Below are positions 10,687-24,533 of a stretch of DNA of 64,000 bases, one piece after another. Within the stretch, counting starts at the first letter, position 1, and every line of letters starts with the position of its first letter. The position numbers were made by a program, and so were the translations under genes. The notes beneath the pieces were generated by a model, which did no database searches, was not told the DNA's origin, and saw nothing but the letters and a program-made list of their open reading frames with translations. Source of the DNA: Eledone cirrhosa (taxonomy: Eukaryota); NCBI GenBank assembly GCA_964016885.1, contig OZ024743.1, positions 148,862,001 through 148,926,000 of the forward strand, in the 5' to 3' direction.

Positions 10687-13595
10687 CATTTACAAATATG
10701 TCATAAGATGTATTTATCATATAGCAGACAAATGCATTGGTAATTAAACCAAAGTAAATTGAACAACTTCGACCGTCATTAATAATAATAAATGTCTTCT
10801 AACTGGATAAACTAACATTCTTAATCTCCTAACCATGTTTCATGAAAACTAAAAGTATTTTACTACCTGGCAAACCAATCTGCAATTAGCGACCTTATCA
10901 AAGTCACCAGTGTCTCTCTCTCGCTCTCCCTATATATATATATCGCTCCCTCTCCTTGGCGGTTTTTGAAGATCATGGTGACTATTTTTCTCGTTCAAAA
11001 CGAAAGTAAATAACAGTCATAAATGGTAGGTGTTTACATTTTTGCTGCAGATTTTTCTTGGCTTTCAACAACAAAATGAAGATACGTTTTTAAGTGTCAA
11101 TTGAAAAGCTGTAAGCTGTACCATGCTAAATTGTTGAGATACTCAACGTGAAAGCAAACATTATGTTGTACCCAATATGCATGATCTATGAGAAGAAGTG
11201 TATGAGCTGGGAATTCCCTGGGGACTCAGAAAATGTTTGCATATATAGAAGAATTGCATTCATGGAAAGTGAAAAGTGTCTAAAAGAAACGCTGATAAAA
11301 TGGTGCACAGCTTATTTAATTTCATACACTTTAGAAAACATATTTCATTAAATTTCTTATTGCATAATAACATGAATATTGTGCTGGTGTATGTTCAAAG
11401 TAATGCGTATATGCAGAGAAATATCTATCGGGAAGAGATGTTTCGAATGTCCAGAGGGAAAAAAATAAACAAATGGAAGATGTTTGTGAGACAGTTGATG
11501 TCTTTAACACTTAGCATCCTATATGATTTAGAAGAAAATATCTAAAAAGCAAGTTTGTTACAAATGATTTTAGTATCTTTACTAGTGGACAGATCGTTGC
11601 AAAAATGCGTAGTATTAGAATAGAAATAACGACTTTAAACATTTTCAATGTGATGCAGTGATAGTGCTCTTTCATACTTTTTAAGAATGTATTCCTAATG
11701 TAGTTTTATGTTGTGTACAATTTAGGGTAAATATGTGATAGTAAGGTGGAAACAACAGAGTAGCTGCTAGAAGTATGGAGTTAGTACATTTAAGAGAGGA
11801 AGTAAATGATAAATGTGTGGATGTGGTTATGATGAGATTAGTGGCAGAGCATGGTGAGTTAAAAGAGGTGAGCTCATGTATGATTATGGAGACATGTCTC
11901 TGGTTGTGGCCAGTAAAGTCCTTAGGTAGCTTGCTGAAGAAGAATAGTTGAGATTTATTGACGTTAGAAAATAGGAAAAGCACACAGAATAATGTAGTCC
12001 TACACATATACTAAGAAAATTGGGTTGTTCATATCTGGAACATATTTATTCATGTTTGCCCAATCAAGGCGAACCTGAAGCTAAACACTAAACAAGCCAG
12101 CATATAGTATTTATATGGATGCTTTACATGGATAAATTACCAGCCAAATCATTCTCAAATTGTACTATGATATCTTAAAAGTAACTTAATCAGTGCTGAC
12201 TTTTAGCTTATCAAGTTGTCTATACTTTTATTATTGCCGCCGCCGTCGCTGCTGCTGATGATGATGATGAAGAGGTGGAGGAAGTAATTAATGATGGTTA
12301 TCTGTGATTTTAACCAAAGCTTTAACCCTTTAGCATTTAAACCAGCCATATCTGTTCAAACTGGCTGTAACCAGCCACTCATACTGACATTAATGTATTG
12401 TTCTCAAAATAAATCATATCAAAATTTTATAGATTCGATATTATGAGAGATAAAGTCTTTACTACGAAAATATAATAGTAAATATAGAGTAATGTAAATG
12501 CTAAAGGATTAATCTGGTGAAAGAGCTTGACATGATACATTCTATCTTTAAGATGCTATATTGATAAAATCTTCTAGAAGTTCATAATAATACAGTACAA
12601 AATAAAAAACGAAATTGATGTAACATGATAAATATAATAAAAGTGTGGAGTATCATCATCTCATTTCATCCCATGCAATCTTCTGATGAAATCAAGGAAA
12701 GACACTCATAACATATCTCTCAATCCACCATCACTGTATTTCCAATATAGGTCTCTGGTCTGAAGTTAATCAATTAGCAGTGCTGGAATAACCCTTAAAC
12801 ATGTTCTTAGAGCATGAGAGAAATCAGCCCTACATATGGTAAATGGCAAATTACATTCGTTTGTTTTTTTATATATGAATAAATAAAGTGGGTTGAACAT
12901 TTTCGTTATTTCTTGTTATTGTTATTTTAGATCAAAGGTTCTCAACCCATTTCAGCCTCTCGAAATCTCGAAACGCCCCCTACCCTATTTTTCCATTTTT
13001 CAATATACTACTGATTTTGATATCAGCAGATTACTGGGCTAAATCAAGTTATGTTAGAATCTTTTTAAACATCTTTTAAAAATACTCGTACAAATTAAAT
13101 ACAAAAAAGTTTCAGTCCAAAACAAAAGCAAGCTATTTCAAAGTATATATATTTGAAAAATAGACGTGAATGTTCTCAAGGATTTGATCTCAATCGAGAA
13201 AGCTTCTTTTTTTTAAATTCTATATTTCACTGTTAACTGTTGTAAGATTTTGAGTGGATAGACAATTCTACAATTCAAACTGTAAAGTCAAAATACAAAA
13301 GATGCAAAATATGAAGAATTTCTTCCCTTTCTCTTGAATCACAAACTCAAGGGAAAACTAGAACCTTGCAAAATAAAGTGCCTCGATCACAAACTTAGTT
13401 GCAATGAATGAATTGAGATGCTTAGTGACAGTGAGCAAACAATATCTGTATCCCTTATATATATATATATACATACACACACACACACACAAACTTGTGT
13501 GTGCCTTGTTTTGGGTACAGAAAGAATTTTGTCTCCAGTTTTTATTGCCGGGTCAAAGGCCACTGCTATTTTCAACAACGTCAAATAACAACACC

Positions 13596-13627
<32 letters not shown>

Positions 13628-13702
13628 GGAGAGAGGGAGAGACAGAGAGAGAGTAAGAAATATGTGTGTGTTTGGTACACGTCTATCTATCTATCTCTCC
13701 AA

Positions 13703-13875
13703 CAGGTGGCTCAAACATGCGGTCTGCGGACTACTTTTCTATGGCCCGTGGTAGAACCATTATTTCAGATTCCATTATAACTGGTGAAAATCATTACCCA
13801 CCACCACGTTTGGCCCACTGTGCCTCTCCTCGAGGACGTAATGGCCCTTTTATGTCCTTGAGTTTGAGACCCCTC
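13703..13875. mobile_element. hAT/Charlie-type MITE
   Basis: Imperfect TIRs CAGGTGGCTCAAAC / GTTTGAGACCCCTC; TSD eroded. Confidence 0.6.
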
Positions 13876-13924
13876 TTCTACACACACATATATATATATA
13901 TACACTTTATTTTTTTTCTGTCTC

Positions 13925-14165
13925 TGGACTACACCCATGCTGGAGCATCACCTTGGTAAGTTATGGGGACGTCAACAAACCAACAAGCATTGGTGGGAAG
14001 GCAAACACAAACGCAAAAAAGAAGCGCATCATATATACATATATACGATGCGCTTCTTTTAGTTTCGGTCTATCAAATCCACTCACAGAGCTTTGATAGG
14101 CCTGGGCAGTGGGACTGAACCTGGAAACATGTGGTTGGGAAGCAAGCTTCTTGTCACACTGCACA
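13925..14165 (-). mobile_element. Degenerate tRNA-derived SINE (third family)
   Basis: Minus strand has a tRNA-like head (AAGAAGCTTGCTTCCCAACCACATGTTTCCAGGTTCAGTCCCACTG) and an internal hairpin AAGAAGCGCATC...GATGCGCTTCTT. Confidence 0.6.
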
Positions 14166-14529
14166 TATATATATATGTGTGTGTATGTGTCATCAAATTA
14201 ACAATGAAAATAAAAAGAACAAAGTCAAGTTACTTTATAACTTTGTTTTTCTTTTATTGTTTTTATTTTTATTGTTAATTTAATACCTAATATCTGACTC
14301 TGTATCTAAACAATTAATTCAGCGAAACACAGAATTTCTCTATGGATTTTACAAGATTACATTGAGTTCTATCCAGTTCTCTATATATATATGTGTGTGT
14401 GTATAATATATGTATATATAACTCTACATACATGCATACATACATATATACATACATACATACATACATATACCTATGTATATAGCTATGCATTTATACA
14501 TTTGTATATATACATGCATTTATATTTAA

Positions 14530-17500
14530 GTGTGTAAGGATGTTGACATGATTTATGTCTTTTTGAGGGCAAGGAGAGATACTTTGTCTCCATATTTTAT
14601 TACCTAGGGAGATTAAATACCACAGCTCTGACTGAAAGCTGACCAGGTTCTCAACCTCATCAAACACCAATGCCGGCCTGTATGTATGTTCTTCTGGATT
14701 TATAATTTCACAAATTTTTTCCCAATAGAGAGAGAATCGGTTTCTAACATTGACACAAGACTCTCTCATTGTAATTTACACATCAATTAGGTAGATTATG
14801 TATGCATGCATGTGTAGATATGGATGTGTATGTTGTGAGTTGTATGTGTGCATGTGTATATGCTTTGTATCTGTACATGTGTATATGCAGTTATTAGATG
14901 CAAAACTTTTGGAATGTTTTAAATATTTTTACTGTTCCATTAATGGATTGTACTTGTAATTTCCTAACTAGTTGTGTTCTTTCTGTTCCTGTGAAGCCTA
15001 GCTTCTCAAGATTTGTATTGAGGCAGTTGCTAACATATCCCAGTGCCCCAATAATCACCGGCATAAATCTGAAGGTGTAATCAGGGTGGAGTATCTGCAG
15101 ATTTCTCATTAGTTCTGCATAAATATTCTCCTTTTCGCTAATCTTTGATATTATATTGGCATCTGCTGGGCAGCTAATTTCCACTACTGTTCATGTTTTC
15201 TTCTCCCTGTCCCATATCATAATATCTGGTCTGTTATGCCTGCATTTTATTGGGGTTTTTACTGGAACATTCTATCAGTACTGTTTCATATTATATACAT
15301 GGATGTCTTCCACATTGCTGTAGCTTTTAATGTGTTTATTATCGGGGCTATCCTTTTTACGAACTGCATTGTATAGTGTTTTGGCCACTACATCATGCCT
15401 CATAGGTAGATAGTACCGCGATGACATCTTTGGACAGCTGCTGATGACATGGGTGATATCCTCGATGTTAGTTCTGCAGAGTCTGCACTTGTTATCACAT
15501 CTCACTTGTTATCACATCTAGGTGTTTTTCCTGCATCTCTATCTCTTTTGTGAATCAGGTATTTCGTGTTAATCTCCTGTTCTTGGATTGCAAAAGCGTA
15601 TCCTTCAAAGTGGGAGCCAATATAGCGGTTGTTGGTCCAAGATAGACTACTTTCCTTATCTATATTACCCTCACTCTGGAGCTTCCTGGCAACATATCCA
15701 TGCATGATTTTTTTGCTGATAAGCATGAAGTTTTTCATCCATGGATTAACGGCGATACTGCTGAGCTACTTCTCTGGGTGTGAGTTTTTGATTAACACAG
15801 GGAATATTTCTCGATGGTTTCCTTCCCAACTCTCATGATCTTATCTGTTTCATGCAGATATACTTGCTCGAGAGACGGGCTCCTACTCTTCGAGGTTCGT
15901 AGATGTTGTCGGAGAGATATGATGCGATATTCAAATGCTGTCTGGACTAATGTTAGGCCTCTGCCTCCCTGCTTACGTTTCAAGTAAAGGCGGTCTAAGT
16001 CACTGTTGATGTGGAAGTTCCGGATTTCGTCTATCGTCAAATTGAGTATTCAAAACGTTGGTGTTAGAACAGGCACGGCAAACACATTCTGAGCCACTGT
16101 TTTGTTTTGCACAGAGAGTTCCGATGACCAAATCCTGGTTACGCGTTCCTTATTACAGATACCATTATAGGATATGTTCTCATCTACCCCTGGTATCTGT
16201 AGCAGTCCTCATCAGATATCGGTGAAACAGTTAGACCATTTATGACAATGTTGCTAGATTGGGTTGTTGTTTTTCCCCACTTTACAGTCATGTATGAGCA
16301 TTTATCTTGGCCAAACTCCATTCCTATATCCTTTGAGAACGTTGTAACCAGGTCAAGATTTTTTTTTATCCCATCCATGTTCTTGGCATAGAGTTTCAGA
16401 TCGTCCACGAAGAAATTATGGGTTAGGTTCGTATTTCTGTCCTCCTGTGAGCCAATGATGTATCCCTCACATTCCTTGGGCAGAAAGGACAAGGGGTTTA
16501 ATGACAAGATGAATAATATCACAGAGAGACTGTCCCCCTGAAATATATCCCTGCGATATTTTATTTTATCAGTGAAAATAGAGTCCTCCCACTCTGTCTT
16601 TAACCTTAGGATAGTAGCCCAAGAAGAAGACAGCCTCTCTATGGCTCTGACAATAATGTCTGGGACTTTAGCAAGCTGGAGGGCCTCTATCATCCAAGAG
16701 TCGGGAACAGAATCAAAAGCTTTCCTGTAGTCCAGCCAGACTGTAGCCATATTTCTCCTAAGTTGTCGCACCTCCGACATCTCAGTTTTGTTGATTAGGA
16801 GTTGTTCAGCACATCCCCAAACCCCTTTCTTTCCAGCTGCTTGTTTATCTGTGATGATGTTTCACAGTGATCTTGGAGGAATAGGTTCAGGCAGGCTGTA
16901 TACATCTTATACATCAGGTTCTGGCATGCAATGGGTCGGTAGTGTTTTACCAAGTGGGTGTCTTTGTTCTTGGGGACCAGTAATGTTTGTGCTAATGTCA
17001 ACCATTCTGGTATAAGTGTATCTCCATTAAGAACTTGTTGGTAGAGGTCAGTAATATACCTCCGATAGAATATCAGTTTTTGGTACCAGTAGCCGACAAT
17101 CATGTCTCTTCCTGATGTTTTCTTATCCTGGTGTTTTCTTATCTTGGAGTTTTCCTATCACAGTCTCAAGGGTACCCTCACTTATTTCGTATATTTGTGT
17201 TGTAGTTTAGGAGCAATAGTTCTTTCGGATTTCTCTTAGCCACACTGCATCTTGGTTGAAATTCTTCTTTTCACCCCATATTTTGTTCCAAAAGGAATCT
17301 ATGTCTTTCTGGGATGAGGCCTCAGTGACACTTATTATTTTGTTCTTCATATCTCTATAAACTGATGTTTGGTTTCGTCTGGATCTTTTATTAAGCACTT
17401 TTCTCTCATCTACCTTCTTCAGGTATCGGTGTTTTTCGCTTACAGCTCTCAATTTTTGTTTGAGGGTGATCAGCTTATATTGAAAAGTTCTGGTTCTACT

Positions 17501-18340
17501 CTTACCAAACATCGTCTCTATTTTATTTTTCACTCTTTGTTGGTGAGGAGTGAGGTTTTTTTTGTGTTTGTTTGCATGTAAGGAGCATTGTCACATATCC
17601 TATGGTTTTTCGTAGGTCAGCAATCTTTTTTCCTATTTTAGTTATATTGGTATTTTTGGTGGTGTTCCGTTCTTGTTAATATCTCTGCTATCACCAAGAT
17701 AATGCTTCCCTGTCGTTACTAATGCATATAAACAGGCGTTGATTTGCCAAATTGTTGGGGTTTTTATCCGTCGTAAATATTCATTCCCTATTTCGTCAAT
17801 AACACGTAATATTTCATTATTTGTTGTTTTTTTATTAAACATTGTCGTTTTAATACGTTCAGCAAGAGAGATATTTATACATTAATTAATTTCTCTCTAG
17901 AAGATTTCGTTGTGGGAAATTTTCAACTGTTTATACTTTTGATTATTATCATTATCGATAGTATTTTTCACAACAGTCGAGGTAGACTCGGATGGTACAC
18001 GTGGTGTCAAATTTCTTCGATTATTATTATTATCGATAGTGTTTTCCCCAGCATTCGAGGTAAACTTAGATGGTACAGTTGGTGTCAAGTGCTTACAGGC
18101 ATAGTTGTTTCAAAGCGCTGTTCGACCTGGCTGCGATTTATAATTTCGGTTTCTTCTGTAGCTACAACTGAATAAAGTTTGTTTACCTTTCTTGTTGTTT
18201 GTCTTCGATACTTCCTTAATTTTGTTGTTGATGTTGTGTTCAGCCATGCTGTTTGTAGCAAATCCTTGTAAAATGAATTATGTATTTAGTCGGATATCTC
18301 TACGAATTCGAATAAAAGGTGTCTTCAGAAGATATAGTTA
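14530..18340 (-). mobile_element. Near full-length degenerate restriction-like-endonuclease LINE (R4/Dong-like)
   Basis: YRPIAC.N..YK, WLDYRKAFDSVP, IFQGDSLS, FFVDDLKLYA, CRLC...EDITHVISSC zinc knuckle, RHD, NRPDI, EISCP, IIGALG; candidate ATG at 18247; many disablements. Confidence 0.92.
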
Positions 18341-19850
18341 GAAGAATAACCAGTTATTCAATATGACTGTAGTTGTGGCATTACTGTCGGAGATAGTATT
18401 CATCTTAAATTTAATAAATAGTCTCCCACGCCAAAATATACGACTGATCGCGTTGACTGTATATGTATGTATGTATGTGTGTGTATTGTTGTATATATGT
18501 ATATGTATACACCCACACCTTTCATCACCATTGCTTCTTTTTCTTGTCGTTTCTATTGTTCTTGTAACTGTTGTCAAAGTTGTCCTTATTTTCATTTCTT
18601 TCGTTTTGTTTTATCTCCCTAGGAATTGGCTGACAAGGATTATTTTATTTATTTTCTTCGTTTTCTTCATTCAAATGCATTCACACTGGCTGTCTCAGAG
18701 AGGTACAAATATGACGTATAAAACTTACCAAAGTAAAGGGGCTTCCAGCGCACCCAAAGCTTCAAACACCCCCCCCCCCCCCCCCTAACGCCCCCTGCTC
18801 CAAAATGACCCTGGAGCTTCGAAACGCCCCCCCAGGTGTGTGAGGGGGGGGGGGGGGGGACATACCCCCCCCCCCCCCGTTGAGAACCTTTGTTTTAGAT
18901 ATAAGTAAATAATTTGCCTATATTTTTAACTACAAATTAGTTTTTAAAAAGATTTAAAATAAATTTTGTTTGATACAATTGTAGGATTTTGCCTAAAAGA
19001 TGGCTTGTAAGAAAACATATTAATGTCTTGTCAGTTAGATTACTGAAAGATCATTCGAGAATATTATTGGGTTATGCTTAGTTAATCGGTTGGTCTTATT
19101 CCACTCATAATTTTCCCCCTTTTCTTTTACCAGTCTTGAATAATCTGCCAAAAGGTTTTTGGGGTTGTTAATTCTCTTTTGATTAGACCACAAAAACATT
19201 TAAAAAAATTTTTCTTTAGATTTAATTTTATAACAAATTCCAAGTTGACATATTTTGGTGCATGAACATATTTTTTTTCTTTTAATGATCTCAGTCATTA
19301 GACTGGAGCTATGCTGGAGCTCTGCCTTTGGCGTTTTTAGCAGACGATATTGACTAATGCACAACCTTTTAAATACATTTTTCTGGAGTGCCATGGAGTG
19401 GGACTGAATGTACAACACATGGTTGAAAAACAATCTTCTTAACTACATAAAACTGTCTGTATCTATATATGCAAATACTCAAGACAACAATGGAGACAAT
19501 CAATATAGATCTCGCAAAATCCCATCTGATTTGATGGATGTAAAATCCCAATAATCTAATGCAATTCTTTGAGTAAATATTTCACTAATTGGTTTCATCC
19601 CCTTAAGAATGAATATTAGTGAAAATTCGGGTACCTCCAACAGGAGTGAGAAGGCGCTGAATTTTGATTTGATTTGGTTTGGTTTGGATTTTGGTTCTGT
19701 TAGTACTTTTACATTTGCCTCTCTACATGAAACCATTTATAGAGAGTTTAACACAAACTGAGATGTTTATAAATATCTCTAATCAACCTTCATTCAATTA
19801 CTTTAACATTTTATTCTGTCCGTTGTTGTTATTATTGTCATTATTACATT

Positions 19851-20321
19851 AAAGACTGACACTTTCCTCTTCGGCGAATCCCTAATTAACTTTTTCAAGT
19901 TTCACTTGAAGAGGAAAATCAGGGTGAAGAGGCAAGTGCTGCCTTCTAGCAAGTTTGTTGAAAGGTGGGTGAATGTAGCAAGAATGGTCCGAGTGAACGG
20001 GACCGCTCTGAATATACGCCTGTAGTTTGAGAAATGGAAAACTTGATAGAGGGCGCTTGCGCTGGTGGTCAGGGTGGCCGTGGTCTTTTGTGTGGTTTTC
20101 GCCACGAGTAACCCTCGGAGGTTTCCCTCCTATTGGGAAATTTGTCATTGTTTGAATTTTCATTTTTATTGTTTATATATATATATATGTTTCTATATCT
20201 TTTTTCTTTTTCTTTTCTTATATAAATAATAAAAATCTTTACACGCACAAAACCCACATCGTACCATCTGTGCCGTCTGTAATGTTTTTCTTGATGTCAG
20301 CCCTTGTGGCCAATAAAGAAA
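19851..20321 (+). mobile_element. 5'-truncated LINE 3' end (L1/Tx1-like) with 13-bp TSD
   Basis: TSD TCATTATTACATT at 19838-19850 and 20322-20334. ORF tail ...FFKFHLKRKIRVKRQVLPSSKFVERWVNVARMVRVNGTALNIRL*, then a 3' UTR with AATAAA. Clade assignment is tentative. Confidence 0.75.
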
Positions 20322-20950
20322 TCATTATTACATTGCCTTAGTCATAAATAAAGAAATTATTATTATTTTCATTATTATTAGATTTTTTTTTCAATCAGTT
20401 GAAAAAAGAATAGAAAACATTCAATTGAATGAAAGTTTGTTTCTCTGATATTTCTTTAATTTAGTCTATACACATTTATATTAACAGAACTATTGTATTT
20501 AACAGGGACTTGTAAATACTGGCACACTATTATAGACTGAATATCACTTTTCTACTTATTCTTACTAAACAATTGAAAAAAACTGATAGTAAGATTAACT
20601 CACTGAAATGGTAATGTTAGCTTACTATATGTTTATTCTTGGTTTTCAATAGCTTTCACTGTGAAAAACAAATTATACAAACTATTGAAGCACTGGGTAA
20701 TTCTTTAGAAAATATCCCAAACACAGAGAAAACTGTAATAACAGTCGATTGCTATAAATAATAGCTAAGAAAATTGTGTAAAATACCTTAATGGATGGAA
20801 AAAGTGGCCAGAAATCAGCTTGTTGCAGTTATTTTCTTGCTTCAGATTCTTACATTTTCTAAAGAATTTCAAATATATGAATACTTTGAAGTTTATATCA
20901 TTCAAACACCTTATATTAATTCCAATTTTTTTTTTAAGTATAGAACAAAT

Positions 20951-21141
20951 AATTGTTTCTACTTTTGGCACAAGGCCAGCAATTATCCCAGTGCTTACTG
21001 GTACTTTATTTTATTGACCCTGTAAGGATGAAAGGTAACGTTAACCTGGACAGGATTTGAACTTAGAACGTAAAGGGCCATAACTCGATGCTGCAAAGCA
21101 TGGTGTCTGATGCTCTACCGATACTGCCAATCCACTGCCCC
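20951..21141 (-). mobile_element. SINE family S1, full length
   Basis: A/B-box-like head; flanking repeat GAACAAATAAT. Confidence 0.92.
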
Positions 21142-23193
21142 TTGGATCGAACAAATAATACAAATACGTTCTATTTGTATAAAAAATACCCTCATTTAAA
21201 GAAATTAACTTGTAATAAATAAATAGATAAGATTTTAAGATGAAGTAGCAAATTCTTATTTTTGTTCTTTTTTCTTTGTACTTGTCGGATCCATAAGTCT
21301 GGTTTCAATGTGCTCTTCTAAGATCCATTGGTCACTATTTGTACTACTAAAACCAATTGGGCTGGTATCTATCTATGACACCAGGATCAATAAGGCTGGT
21401 AGATTATTTACATCATTAGAGTACATGTGGCTGATGCCTATTCACAGTTTCTTCTTAGATAGGTTGTTAGGTTTATTGCAGATAGTTTTGTCTCTCCAAC
21501 ACAACTGAACTCACTCTACTAAACCAACAAAATACTCATTTATTTCTTAGTACTACTGTTGTGTATAGTAATGGGAGCCAATGAAAGCATCTTTATAGGA
21601 GTAAAGACATACTGGGCAATTTGGTCATGAATATCCCAAAATATGGAGTGATCATGGTTGGCGTGCCTTTGATCATAGATGTACTCAATCAGGGACGACT
21701 AGAAATTAAACAATAACAACAACAGTGTTAAGATTACAAAATTTAGAGATAGTTGGACATGTATAACCTCATGTAGAATCATCATAACACCATATAGTTT
21801 CCATCTACCTAATTTTACTCACAAGGCTTAGGTTGACGTAAGGCTTTAGTGGGACACACTTATCCAATATTTCATGAGATAGGATTAAATGAGGCATCTC
21901 ATAATTGTCACCTACTTAACCATTATATTTCTTGATATACATTGGGATATAACACAATGTTTGTAGTAAGGTTTGAATGTATAAACTTTTAAGTCATTAG
22001 TGAAGATGAAGGATGGGAAACCTGACATCGAATGAGGTTACACTTTGAAAAGAAATGTAGGCTCACTAATCCTCAGTTATTCTACCAAATATTATTATAA
22101 ATGTATAACAGAAATACAAATGGGTTTTTCTATGGGTCATAATTAGATGAAAAAGATAGACAGAAAATGAAATCAGCAAAATACATTTAATATGAAGGGT
22201 TGCCTTTGTATATTGTGTTACTTTCAGAGGACTAGACCTCAAATTTCAGAAAGTCACATGCAGCTATAATGCTGCAGATTCCCCATGCCATACATTTACT
22301 ATACTGGTTTGAATGGATTGTTGCTTTAGTCACTGATGACTATGCACAGGTTTTACTGTCATATATGATTACCAGTAGCAGATACTGCTTATCAGATCGT
22401 TGGTCAGATGTGCATATGTGTGTGTGATAATCCTTTTCATCATCATCATATATTAGATAAATAGATAGACAAGCAGTAATACAGATAGGCAGGCATTCAA
22501 CTATTCATTCTATGCTTTCTGTCCTCTAGCTAAGTAGAAGAGAAGTGCTGAAATATTTGGTGCTAGGTTAACTATTTACTATTCTCAGTTTTATTACATT
22601 ACTATAGTGTCAAAGAGACATGCTTGTTTATTCAATTCTGCTTCCTTCTTTCAGGAGTCTGGATTATCTAAGTGGGGCAGGAGAGATTGAGAGCTTGAGT
22701 TATTGAAATGGCAGGAGAGATGGTAGTGGCTGAGTTTGGGTAGGGTAATATCTTTGTAGACCTCATGTTGTTGCTGTTTGGATCCTGTTAGTTTACATTT
22801 GACTTGAGGTAGGGCAACAGCAGCAGCAGTAAAGTGTTTCTATATTAAGAGCAATGAAGGTTAATAGATAAATAGTTTATATTGTATTTATCAACACATA
22901 CATATATACATATGTACATACATGCATGCATACACACATACATTCATGTATGTATACACACAAGTATACACACTTACATACACACACACACATATTAGAA
23001 CAGACATAAACCCCACTCATACACACATTTAAGTAGCATATATACAAAATCAAGTATAAGGGAAGTGTGGTTTTGTTTTCATTGTTGTCTATTTAAATTG
23101 TTACACCCAAAAGTAGTGTCAAACTTATATCCAAGGAATTAGAAACTCTCCCATATATATATATACACATATGTGTGTGTGCGATGATGATGA

Positions 23194-23229
<36 letters not shown>

Positions 23230-23500
23230 TCGTTTTTATGTCATCTTTTCCATGCTAATATAAGTTAGATGGGATATTTTGAGGTAATGTTTTATAGATA
23301 GATGGCCTTCCTGATGCCAACACTTTTAGTAATCTCTTACAACATACATAGATATTGTAGATCTAGTCTAAAAGTCAGGATACACATCAACATCATCATC
23401 ATTTAACATTCATCTTCGATGCTAGCATATATATATAAGCCATGCTAGCATGGAAGAATAGACGTAAAACAGTGATGATGATGATGATATATATATATGT

Positions 23501-23566
<66 letters not shown>

Positions 23567-23574
23567 TGTGTGTG

Positions 23575-23617
<43 letters not shown>

Positions 23618-24220
23618 ATGTGTTTGTGCATGTGAAAAATAAACAGAAAATAACACAGCAAAATGATACAGTACAATGAAGATATATATTATTTCAACCT
23701 TCTTTGTTATTCTTATTTAGCAATGAGATCTTACATTTATATTGATATAGCTCTGTAATTAAGAAGTTTGCATCTCAGCCATAAGTTATTGAGTTCCATC
23801 CCACTTTGCAGCACTTTGAGCAAGTGTCTTCTACTCTAGCTTTGAATATGTAAAATTGCTGATATCGATTGGCTGGGTCGTTATGGCCTGGATCAGTTTT
23901 TACTTGCCTTTATTGATGGGTTCGAAGACCATGTCTCAATTGTACATTCTCTTTCTAGAATGTTCTATTTGTCAAATCACTAAATTATGGAACATAAAGA
24001 AATAGCACTGATTATTACATTTTGAAAATATAAATACAGACCCCACCACCACACACACACACACATGCATGGATATAATCAATAGTCATCACCCTATTTG
24101 TTTTATATCCACTTTGCCTGTGATGGGGCAGTGTTTTATGAACTGATGTCTCTCCTCTTGCCAACATTTTTAGTCATGTCTTATAGACATGCAAGATCTA
24201 AACTAGAATACACATGATAT

Positions 24221-24404
24221 AATTGTTTCTACTTTTGGCACAAGGCCAGCAATTACTCAGTACATTACTGGTACTTTATTTTATCGACCTCGTAAGGATA
24301 AAAGGCAAAGTTAACCTCGGCGGGATTTGAACTCAGAATGGCAAGGGCCCTGACTCTATATGTCAAAGCATGGCGTCCGACCCTCTACCGATACTGCCAA
24401 TCCA
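24221..24404 (-). mobile_element. SINE family S1
   Basis: Matches other copies. Confidence 0.9.
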
Positions 24405-24455
24405 TGTGATATCAATAGAATCAACCAAAAACTTGATTAGCTAATTTCATTTAAT

Positions 24456-24458
<3 letters not shown>

Positions 24459-24532
<74 letters not shown>
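24459..24532. repeat. (CT)n microsatellite
   Basis: Direct reading. Confidence 0.98.

Positions 24533-24533
<1 letters not shown>

Larger units (their letters stand above)
12933..18892. mobile_element. hAT (Charlie-like) DNA transposon remnant carrying nested insertions
   Basis: Perfect 14-bp TIR CAAAGGTTCTCAAC (12933-12946 / 18879-18892) and 8-bp TSD TTTTAGAT (12925-12932 / 18893-18900). Confidence 0.9.

Noticed and set aside
12680-12715. CTGATGA...GAAA
   Set aside because: No helix I, II or III pairing; chance match.
18294-18335. Minus-strand CUGAAGA with a 7-bp stem I near the R4/Dong 5' UTR
   Set aside because: GAAU instead of GAAA, and helix II cannot pair; not a supportable HHR.
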